A stretch of 38,781 nucleotides of DNA from a virus (taxonomy: Duplodnaviria; Caudoviricetes): IMG/VR virus record IMGVR_UViG_3300033406_000018, positions 1 to 38,781 of that record; one strand, 5' to 3'. Made by a program: the position numbers and the translations under genes. Each line of letters starts with the position of its first letter. Positions within the stretch are counted from its first letter, which is position 1. This document shows positions 1 to 6,870 of the stretch, piece after piece. The notes below the pieces were generated by a model that was not told where the DNA came from, ran no database searches, and saw nothing but the letters and a program-made list of their open reading frames with translations.

Positions 1-113
1 CCACTGATCCAGAGCAGCAGTCCGCAGGGCAGCAGCCCATAAAAAAAGAATGAAATTATGCCGGCAACGATGCTTGGTTCGTTGGCGGCAACCAGCAATG
101 TTACATAAAGCCA
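1..113 (-). pseudogene. 3' part of host small membrane protein gene disrupted by integration (runs off the window edge)
   Basis: Minus strand reads WLYVTLLVAANEPSIVAGIISFFFYGLLPCGLLLWISG with no in-frame start nearby; joins in frame to MYIVAIGW at 38656-38679. Confidence 0.88.
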
Positions 114-140
114 GCTAAACGCATTGCCAAGTACACGTTT
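99..140. other. Left attachment junction (host half 99-110, core CCAGC 111-115, phage half 116-140)
   Basis: 121-140 gcattgccaagtacacgttt is a 16/20 inverted repeat of 38630-38649; tgttaca (99-105) pairs with tgcaaca (38665-38671); both symmetric about the central CA. Confidence 0.88.
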
Positions 141-357
141 ATTCGTCGGCCTTTTGTGCTGATTCGGCTGCCTTCATTTCGCGGAAACGCCGGCGCTCCC
201 TACGAACACGCGACCCTGCGAAGTAGATGAGCAGGCTGCAAGGGAGCAGGCCGTAGAAGGCGAACGAGATGATGCCGGAAATGATGGTCGGCTCATTGGC
301 GGCAACCAGAACGGTCACGTATAGCCAGCCGATGACGATGATCAGGGTAAAGGACAT
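139..357 (-). CDS. Phage-borne intact homolog of the disrupted host small membrane protein (2 TM segments, basic tail)
   Basis: 72 aa; 30/40 identical residues to the reconstructed host protein over IGWLYVT...G. Confidence 0.85.
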   Translation of the reverse strand: MSFTLIIVIGWLYVTVLVAANEPTIISGIISFAFYGLLPCSLLIYFAGSRVRRERRRFREMKAAESAQKADE

Positions 358-362
358 GCGCC

Positions 363-391
363 ATTGTAGTGCTTTGATGTGCGCAAATAAA
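363..391 (-). promoter_or_regulatory. Putative own promoter of the 139-357 gene (probably leaderless)
   Basis: TACAAT at 363-368 (minus), 5 nt before ATG; no SD; weak -35. Confidence 0.4.
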
Positions 392-413
392 AAATGGCCA
401 GGATGTTCTGGCC
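389..413 (-). terminator. Intrinsic terminator ending the leftward early operon
   Basis: ggccag-aacatc-ctggcc followed by ATTTTTT on the minus strand. Confidence 0.6.
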
Positions 414-448
414 GGTATTATTGATTCAGTGGGCACCAAGTTTGGTGT

Positions 449-688
449 CTACTTCGCGTTCGGCGTCTTCTTGCTCACCGCATGTGCAATGTGCCGGGCG
501 TACGTCGCCACGGCGCGCCAGTAGGCGGCCATCGGCCCTTTCCTGCGCTTCCATGCCGTGTCCGCTTCTTTGTTTGCCTGGTCACGCAGTTCGCGCATCA
601 CGGCCTCAATTCGGCGGCGATCTTCTTCAGGCAGTGCAAGCAGCGCTTTGCCGGCCGGCAGTCTCAGCAGTGGGTTCAGGTAGCCCAT
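449..688 (-). CDS. Hypothetical basic helical phage protein (79 aa)
   Basis: ATG start with purine-rich upstream; last gene of the left operon. Confidence 0.65.
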   Translation of the reverse strand: MGYLNPLLRLPAGKALLALPEEDRRRIEAVMRELRDQANKEADTAWKRRKGPMAAYWRAVATYARHIAHAVSKKTPNAK

Positions 689-713
689 TCAGTCCCTTTC
701 CGGGCCGGCAGCC

Positions 714-776
714 GCCGAACCCATCGTTCCAGGCGACACGCCGCAAGCGGCGTCCGCCTGAGTTGGTGCGTTGTAG
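714..776 (+). other. Integron attC-like palindromic site
   Basis: GCCGAAC...GTTCCAGGCG...acgccgc-aa-gcggcgt...CGCCTGAGTT...GTTGTAG; 63 bp with R''-L''-hairpin-L'-R' layout. Confidence 0.5.
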
Positions 777-777
777 C

Positions 778-2607
778 TCACGCGGCCCTCCGAGAAATCG
801 CCATATCCGAAAGGTTGGCCCGAACAAGCGCCGCTGCCAATGGCGGGCAAACGCTGTTGCCACACATGCGAACCTGCGCCGATTTCGTCAGGTTGATGCG
901 CTGTCCGTTGTGGTCGATTCCCCATTCGGTGATGTAGCTGCTGGGGAAGCCTTGAGCCTTGAAAAGCTCACGCGGCGCCAGCATGCGCAGGCCGATGTCG
1001 GCGATCTGGTATTCCTCGCCAGCGACCGTGACCAGGCCGTAGCGGTCTTTGGTGGTGACGGTGTGCAGTGGTTCTTCAAGGCGCGGGTCTTGGTCGCTTC
1101 CGTAATATTTGATCAGGAAGGCGCGGACCTCGGCCATATGCCCGCCACCGCCCGCCGTTACGGTCGGCATGGGCTCGTCCGATCCGCTGCCGATGCTTTT
1201 TCCGAAGTCGCGCTGTAGATGGGATGTGACGATGCCAGCCGGGATACCGTTGGCGGTTATGGTATTGATCGGCTGTTCAATGTCGCGAATACCGTGGCTA
1301 AAACGCTTGCTGCCGTCTTTCCCCTCGCCGTGCCCCATGTGAATCAGGTTGGCGGTGACCAAGCTGTTGTGGTCGGTACTGGTGACGGTATGCAACGGCT
1401 CGCCTTGCAGGCTATGGCCGACAACGCCACCGTAGTGCTTCGCCATGAAGGCCGATACCAGTGCATGCTTCTGGCTACCGACAAGCGTGCCGAGCGGCTT
1501 TTCGATGTCCAGTGCCCGGGGCGCCTGGCCGTCGCGTTCGCCGTAACCGGTTTGAACCAGCGTCGGGGCGATCAGCGCATGGTGACCGCCCTTGGTCTGA
1601 GCGCAGATCGTGCGCAGCGGCTCGTCGGCCGGCATGCTGCGCGGATTCGATGCGTTGGCATGCTCGGTCAGGACCGGCGCAACCAATGCCATTTCTCCGC
1701 GGTGCGCAGCGGTAATTGTCGGTATCGGTTGTTCGATCGGATAGCGCCGGTCGGCGCCTTGGTGCGTTAGCGGGACAATGAACGGCTCGGCCGCATTGAC
1801 CACATACCGCATGATCCCCTTCGCGATCCGGCGCAGCGTCGCCGGCGCAAGTTCGCGCTTGCGCTCGAAAATCGACGGGCAAGGAATTGACCAGTCAATA
1901 CACTCGGCCGCAGTGCGCCACGGCTGCATAACGACGCCATCATGATTAAGGATGCGGCCTTTGCGCCCTTTGAGCCGTTTTTCAGTCGGGTCGTAGTGAG
2001 TCGGCGACGGCCAGACAATCGGCTGACCATCGCGCCTGGCGATCAAGAACAGGCGCTTGCGGATCGTCGGCGTGCCGTAGTCACAGGCGCGCAGCTCGCG
2101 GTGCTCGACCTGGTAACCGTGGCTGCACAGCGCATTTACGAATGAATTGAAGGTGCGGCCCTTGTTCTTCTGGCACGGCCGGGTGTTTCCGTCTGCATCG
2201 ATCACCAGAGGACCCCAGGTGCGGAACTCTTCGACGTTCTCGAGCATGATGACGCGCGGCTTGGCGATGGCTGCCCAGCGCAAAGCGACCCAGGCTAGGC
2301 CGCGAATCTTCTTCTCGACCGGCTTGCCACCTTTGGCTTTGCTGAAGTGTTTGCAGTCTGGCGACAGCCAGACCAGTCCGACCGGCCGGCCCTGCGTTAC
2401 TTCGCGCGGGTCGATTTCCCATACGCTTTCGCAGTAGTGCTTCGTCTCCGGATGGTTCGCCGTGTGCATGGCGACGGCCTCCGGGTCGTGGTTGATGGCT
2501 ATATCGACGCGCCGGCCTAGGGCCAGTTCAATGCCGGTCGATGCGCCACCGCCGCCGGCGAAGTTGTCGATGATCAGTTCGCCGTGAATGTCGAGGTTCA
2601 GTTGCAT
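778..2607 (-). CDS. Phage DNA (cytosine-5)-methyltransferase
   Basis: Motif I DNFAGGGG, catalytic SPDCKHFS, ENV, RKRLFLIA, C-terminal ELFKAQGFP and CGNSV. Confidence 0.92.
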   Translation of the reverse strand: MQLNLDIHGELIIDNFAGGGGASTGIELALGRRVDIAINHDPEAVAMHTANHPETKHYCESVWEIDPREVTQGRPVGLVWLSPDCKHFSKAKGGKPVEKKIRGLAWVALRWAAIAKPRVIMLENVEEFRTWGPLVIDADGNTRPCQKNKGRTFNSFVNALCSHGYQVEHRELRACDYGTPTIRKRLFLIARRDGQPIVWPSPTHYDPTEKRLKGRKGRILNHDGVVMQPWRTAAECIDWSIPCPSIFERKRELAPATLRRIAKGIMRYVVNAAEPFIVPLTHQGADRRYPIEQPIPTITAAHRGEMALVAPVLTEHANASNPRSMPADEPLRTICAQTKGGHHALIAPTLVQTGYGERDGQAPRALDIEKPLGTLVGSQKHALVSAFMAKHYGGVVGHSLQGEPLHTVTSTDHNSLVTANLIHMGHGEGKDGSKRFSHGIRDIEQPINTITANGIPAGIVTSHLQRDFGKSIGSGSDEPMPTVTAGGGGHMAEVRAFLIKYYGSDQDPRLEEPLHTVTTKDRYGLVTVAGEEYQIADIGLRMLAPRELFKAQGFPSSYITEWGIDHNGQRINLTKSAQVRMCGNSVCPPLAAALVRANLSDMAISRRAA

Positions 2608-2843
2608 CCGGTGATTACCCGGATGTGACCCTTGCCTTCAAGGTAGTTTCTCCAGACGCCTCGGATTAAGTTCCACACCTCTTCCGAAACGGCGTCGCCG
2701 GATTCGATGACCTTGCCGTCTTCATCGATGATCGCCAGGCGGGCGGGTCGGCCGTCCATGGTTTGTGCCTTCAGAGGCTCGAAACAGACGCCGCTCAGGG
2801 TGGCGTGCTTCAGGGTTCCGGTTGGTAGGTCGCCGAGAATCAT
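2598..2843 (-). CDS. Hypothetical protein (81 aa)
   Basis: ATGA overlap with the upstream gene; overlaps the MTase start. Confidence 0.65.
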   Translation of the reverse strand: MILGDLPTGTLKHATLSGVCFEPLKAQTMDGRPARLAIIDEDGKVIESGDAVSEEVWNLIRGVWRNYLEGKGHIRVITGCN

Positions 2844-3238
2844 TGTGTGGCCTCCATGATGGTGTAGGTGACGGAATTTCTGGCGCCGCCGTGGCGCTTG
2901 ATGCGTTGCGGGGAGATGTCGTGAAGTTCGTGGCAGATGCGCTGCACTGTCGATTTGCTGATGCCGGTTGCGGATACCATGTCCGCGTAGTGACAGGCGC
3001 CGGCCTTGATGGCTTCATAGACACGCTCGATGTTGAGTGCGCGGATAGCGGCATTTCGGCGGGCGTTTTCAAGGTGCCCGTTGCCAGCGACGGCTTGGCA
3101 TTGAAGCCGGAATCGCATGTCGGCATCGATGACGCGCGCAGTTCCTTTGGGAAGTTCAGGCACGGCGCGATTAAGGATCAGGGCCGTCAGGCTCGTGCAT
3201 CCGCCTTTGGTGATTGTTTTTCGGGCGGCTGTGGTCAT
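2840..3238 (-). CDS. Hypothetical protein with C-terminal HTH-like segment
   Basis: YADMVSATGISKSTVQRICHEL resembles an HTH; ATGA coupling. Confidence 0.6.
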   Translation of the reverse strand: MTTAARKTITKGGCTSLTALILNRAVPELPKGTARVIDADMRFRLQCQAVAGNGHLENARRNAAIRALNIERVYEAIKAGACHYADMVSATGISKSTVQRICHELHDISPQRIKRHGGARNSVTYTIMEATQ

Positions 3239-3762
3239 TTCTGCAAGACCTCCAGCGCCCGTTGCATGAAGTGTGACTTGGCCTGCGACGAGTGGACCGC
3301 TCGGATGCGTTTGTCGAGCGGGGTAATGCCTTCGATCATCGGCCAGTCGTCGCCGGCATCGGGCATCAGGTCACGGCGTTCTGTGGCGAGCAGTACAAGA
3401 TCAGCCTGTTTGATGCTGACCGACTGGATTTCCGGCAGGCCGAATCTGGCGCGGATCGCTGCCTCGATCTTGTGCTCAAGGGCGCGGTAGTCTGGTAGCA
3501 GGCGCTTGATCGGTGCCGGGATGTCCTTGATGTAGGCTTCTGCTGCATCGTGCAACAGGGCCTCCCAGGCGTGCTCAGTCGGTACATTATGGCTGACCAG
3601 CACGGAATGCTGGGCAACGCTGTAGAAGAACTTGCACTGGCCGGCAAAGCGGCATTCGTTCGACAGGCCGGTAGCGATGTCGACCAGGTCGATCATGTCG
3701 GGCTGCGGGTCTATCGGGTCGAACTGGCGGCCGGATGCTGTGAGTAGCCAAGTCATTATCAA
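3235..3762 (-). CDS. HD-domain phosphohydrolase (YfbR/YfdR-like nucleotidase)
   Basis: RFAGQ..FYSVAQHS, ALLHDAAEAY..DIPAPIK, KQADLVLLATERRDL. Confidence 0.88.
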   Translation of the reverse strand: MIMTWLLTASGRQFDPIDPQPDMIDLVDIATGLSNECRFAGQCKFFYSVAQHSVLVSHNVPTEHAWEALLHDAAEAYIKDIPAPIKRLLPDYRALEHKIEAAIRARFGLPEIQSVSIKQADLVLLATERRDLMPDAGDDWPMIEGITPLDKRIRAVHSSQAKSHFMQRALEVLQK

Positions 3763-4607
3763 ACCCCTCCCGCAACTTCAAAATCGATTGCCTCTTCCCG
3801 CGTCATGCGGAAGCCTGCGGCGTGTTTGTGGCCGCCGCCGCCGAAGGCTTTTGCGATCAGTGATACGTCGATGCCGTCTTCGGTTGAGCGTAGCGAGAAG
3901 CGGCGGCCGTCGGCATCGTCGTAGTAGGTAACGCCAAATGGCTGGCCATCGGACAGAACGCCGGCAACGTCGCTGGCGTACATCCATGGCACGTTGGCGG
4001 CCGGCACCAGGTAGTTGCCGAAGCGCATCTGGCGGCTGGCGTTGCCGATGATTGCGGCGACGTCGTTCTGTTGCTTACGAACGATGGCGCGGCCTTCGTT
4101 GATCAATGGCGTCATGCCGCCGAATATCATGTCGCCAAAGTTGTCGGGCGTGATCGGGTATGAATAGACCGCCGCAGTGATTTCCCGAGTTTGTGAAAGC
4201 TGAAAGCGCCATAGATCGCGGTCCTGAATGTAGTCGAACAGGAGCGGCGCCGGCCGGTTCGGGTGGAAGTGCTGCCAGGCGATCATGGCGCCGGAGCGCT
4301 CCATGTCGAAAACCAGCGTGACCGATGCAGGCAGGTCGACCAGGTCTTCCAGGGCTGTCTTGTGGTGGTCGAGGATCAGCAGGCTGTTGGCTTGTTCTGC
4401 CATCTGCAGAAGCACCGGGCGCTTGTAGCTGAAGTCGACTAGGATCACGTCCCGGCCGATAACGTCAGGCGGTGCCTCGCCGTAGATGCCGGGGTGAAAA
4501 TCGACGGCAACGTGTTTGACAACGTAATGCTCGCGAACGGCCCAGGCGGCAGCGACGCCGTCGGCGCAGCCGTGGTGGTAGATGCAGAGCGGTGTGGTCT
4601 GGTTCAT
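3759..4607 (-). CDS. DHH/DHHA1-family phosphoesterase
   Basis: CIYH..C.DG, LVDFS, ILDHHKT, QDRDLW, FSLRS, GGGGHKHAAGF. Confidence 0.9.
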   Translation of the reverse strand: MNQTTPLCIYHHGCADGVAAAWAVREHYVVKHVAVDFHPGIYGEAPPDVIGRDVILVDFSYKRPVLLQMAEQANSLLILDHHKTALEDLVDLPASVTLVFDMERSGAMIAWQHFHPNRPAPLLFDYIQDRDLWRFQLSQTREITAAVYSYPITPDNFGDMIFGGMTPLINEGRAIVRKQQNDVAAIIGNASRQMRFGNYLVPAANVPWMYASDVAGVLSDGQPFGVTYYDDADGRRFSLRSTEDGIDVSLIAKAFGGGGHKHAAGFRMTREEAIDFEVAGGV

Positions 4608-5680
4608 TTGTGGCTCCGGTAGGTTTTGGAGAGGTCAGACTTGATGGAATGGCCGCGCCGGCGAAGTTCGTTGCCGAGCTGGGCGCGGTCGTGGTGGCTG
4701 TTGGTTGCTTGCCTGAGCAGCCCGAAGTAACTGTTGGCTGTATCGAAAAGATCGGCGCGGTCCATGTGGCGAACGCGCTGGATTGCCTCGTTGAACGTCC
4801 TGCGGCGTAGCGTGCGACGCCATGGCTTGATGACCTGGCCGACGAAGTCAATGCCGCGGTCGACCGGCTGCAGGATGGTTTTTTTGGGGTTGAGACGAGC
4901 GGCCAGCGCCATGCCGAGGAAGCCCTCGATATGGTCACGCGCCTCGTTCAGCCACTGCGGCGATTTGTGCAGCAGCACGAAGTCGTCGACGTAGCGGATG
5001 TAGTGCCGGCAACGCAGGTCACGCTTGACGAACTGGTCGAGCGCGTCGAGATAGACATTGGCGAAGAACTGGCTGCTCAGGTTGCCTATCGGCAGGCCGA
5101 GATGCGATGGCTGGCCGGTGAGGCGCTTGTGTGCCGGGACGCGCTCCAGTAGAACGGGGTTGCCGCGCAGTTCGAAGTTCTTCCGTGGATCGTGGAAGAG
5201 GATGGTCTCGGCCAGCGCCATCCACCATGGCTCGCCGATGTGTCGGGCGAGCAGCTCGCGCAGGATGTGCTTGTCGATGCTGACGAAGAAGTTGGCGAGA
5301 TCGAGCTTCAGGTAGTAGGCGGGCTGGCTCCAGTTCTGCGTGATGCTGCGCACCTTGGCTTCAAGTCGTTCGGCGGCGTATAGGGTTCCACGGCCCGGGA
5401 TGCAGGCGCAGGAGTCGGCAATGAAGCTGGCGTAGAAGCGCGGCGAAACATGGTTGTGCAGCAGGTGATGCACGATGCGATCGCGGAACTCGGCCGCCCA
5501 TACTTCGCGGGCCTTTGGTCGGGTGATGACGAAACAAATTGACTTTCCGGGTGTGTAAGTCCCGGTAGTCAGTTCCTGGTGCAGTTGCCACAGGTTGTTT
5601 TCGAGATCCTGCTCGAAGCCAAGGGCGCTCTTTGTGTTGCGTTTGTGCTTGCGGCAATCCAGATAAGCGCGAAGCAGCAT
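4604..5680 (-). CDS. DGR reverse transcriptase (minimal start at ATG 5680; could start at ATG 5935)
   Basis: AYLDCRKHKR, PKAREVWAAEFRDRIVHH, LKLDLANFF, GLPIGNLSSQFFANVYL (DGR-type IGxxxSQ), YIRYVDDF, IDFVG. Confidence 0.95.
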   Translation of the reverse strand: MLLRAYLDCRKHKRNTKSALGFEQDLENNLWQLHQELTTGTYTPGKSICFVITRPKAREVWAAEFRDRIVHHLLHNHVSPRFYASFIADSCACIPGRGTLYAAERLEAKVRSITQNWSQPAYYLKLDLANFFVSIDKHILRELLARHIGEPWWMALAETILFHDPRKNFELRGNPVLLERVPAHKRLTGQPSHLGLPIGNLSSQFFANVYLDALDQFVKRDLRCRHYIRYVDDFVLLHKSPQWLNEARDHIEGFLGMALAARLNPKKTILQPVDRGIDFVGQVIKPWRRTLRRRTFNEAIQRVRHMDRADLFDTANSYFGLLRQATNSHHDRAQLGNELRRRGHSIKSDLSKTYRSHK

Positions 5681-5705
5681 CTCGAAGGTGTAGTTGGATG
5701 AATCT

Positions 5706-5787
5706 GCTGACGGCGCGGACTCGACACTCGGCAGAGAGGTTGTTGTTGTTCTGGTTGCCGTTGTTGAAGTTCTGGATAAACGCCGTT
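5706..5787 (-). repeat. DGR template repeat (TR)
   Basis: Reads ACG GCG TTT ATC CAG AAC TTC AAC AAC GGC AAC CAG AAC AAC AAC AAC CTC TCT GCC GAG TGT CGA GTC CGC GCC GTC AGC; differs from both VRs only at A. Confidence 0.96.
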
Positions 5788-5931
5788 CGTTCGCACTTTC
5801 CACGTCGCCCGACCGATCGTTCAGCCGGGAAACTGCACCGGACCGGCCAGCGGAAGACGCTGCGGTATCCATGGTGTGCATGTCCGTGTCCTTGTGGGAC
5901 AGGGGTGCGACCAGATTCATAGAGCGCACGG

Positions 5932-6309
5932 TCATTGGAGTCTTGACCCCACTGAAGCAGACGCGGTTGCTGAGCGCTTCAACCATCCGCCGGCCTGGCC
6001 GCCGATGGTGTTCGTCATTTCCATGCTGGTGGCCCATATCTTTCTCGATATGAACTTTTTGTCGAAGCTGACGCGCATCATCAGGGATACCACTTCCAGC
6101 CCGCGCAGGACGTTGCGGATGTGCTCGCAACGTTTTTCCCCGCGGCTGGCGTTGGCGTAGCCGATCTCCAGCAACAGGTCCACGCATTCGTCGTGAACCC
6201 GCTTGCCAAGGCTCTGCTTGAACGTGCGTGGCATGTTCAACTGAACGTCGGCCGCGAGGCTGAGAAGGTCATATCCCTTCTTGTAGATCGGCAGGTCGGT
6301 ATGGATCAT
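5932..6309 (-). CDS. avd: DGR accessory variability determinant (Avd-like four-helix bundle)
   Basis: 125 aa basic helical protein directly upstream of TR/RT; LPIYKKGYDL, MPRTFKQSLG, IGGQAGGWLK. Confidence 0.9.
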   Translation of the reverse strand: MIHTDLPIYKKGYDLLSLAADVQLNMPRTFKQSLGKRVHDECVDLLLEIGYANASRGEKRCEHIRNVLRGLEVVSLMMRVSFDKKFISRKIWATSMEMTNTIGGQAGGWLKRSATASASVGSRLQ

Positions 6310-6348
6310 GGTTGAAGGACTAAAGTGCTAAAGGATTAAAGTGGAATC
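6309..6348 (-). repeat. 8-bp-period imperfect tandem repeat after VR1
   Basis: GATTCCAC TTTAATCC TTTAGCAC TTTAGTCC TTCAACCA. Confidence 0.8.
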
Positions 6349-6821
6349 TCGCTGACGGCGCGGACTCGACACTCGGCAGAGAGGTCGTTGATGAGCTGGT
6401 CGCCGCCGTGGAAGCCCTGGAAAAACGCCGCTTTATCGCTTGGTGTCTTGGTCAGCAGCCAGTACCAGGGACTCTTTTCGAAGCGGTCAGCCAGTCGGTC
6501 GAATAGCGTGATTCCCTGGTGGCGGGTTGGAAGATGACTGTTCATGGCTGGATTGACCGACTCGGCGTGCTTGACCGCATCGTCGTAGTCCATCGCGGTG
6601 CTGTCGTCTTCGTCCCACAGCAGCAGATGCACAAGGCTGTCGCCGGCCAGCGATAGCGAGACGCCGGCATAGGTCGCTTCGGTGCCCGGCCACTTTTCAC
6701 CGATGTTTGGAATGCTGCAATTGGCGATCGGCTGAGCGGTGCGGGCCGTTGCCATGGTGGCGAGCAGGCCGACCGGCGGCTGTGAAAGGGTGATGTGGAT
6801 ATTCTCGATGTGCAGTTTCAT
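6336..6821 (-). CDS. DGR target protein 1, DUF1566/Lcl-C (CLec-fold)-like, 161 aa
   Basis: PNIGEKWPG..YAG, LPTR, WYW, C-terminal CRVRAV; carries VR1. Confidence 0.88.
   Translation of the reverse strand: MKLHIENIHITLSQPPVGLLATMATARTAQPIANCSIPNIGEKWPGTEATYAGVSLSLAGDSLVHLLLWDEDDSTAMDYDDAVKHAESVNPAMNSHLPTRHQGITLFDRLADRFEKSPWYWLLTKTPSDKAAFFQGFHGGDQLINDLSAECRVRAVSEIPL
6351..6432 (-). repeat. DGR variable repeat VR1
   Basis: 12 mismatches to TR, all at TR adenines; encodes AAFFQGFHGGDQLINDLSAECRVRAVS. Confidence 0.96.
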
Positions 6822-6830
6822 GGTGGGTTC

Positions 6831-6870
6831 CCAGTCAAGGATTGAAGGGTTGAAGTACTAAAGTTGAATC
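6831..6870 (-). repeat. 8-bp-period imperfect tandem repeat after VR2
   Basis: GATTCAAC TTTAGTAC TTCAACCC TTCAATCC TTGACTGG. Confidence 0.8.

Noticed and set aside
101-136. GTG-start MYLAM... as a frameshifted start for the left-edge gene (simple tandem duplication)
   Set aside because: That stretch is the attP arm; the true 5' end lies in frame at 38656-38679
3235-3762. HD protein as DatZ of a Z-base (2-aminoadenine) pathway
   Set aside because: No PurZ-like or DNA polymerase gene in the prophage
4604-5680. RT as a group II intron or retron enzyme
   Set aside because: No maturase/endonuclease domain or VTG motif; TR/VR pairs and avd identify a DGR
5739-5767. (AAC)n run as a microsatellite or phase-variation tract
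   Set aside because: Explained by the AAC codons of the TR
5936-6187. ORF-track RT start at 6187 (527 aa)
   Set aside because: Overlaps avd out of frame; RT motifs begin only near 5680
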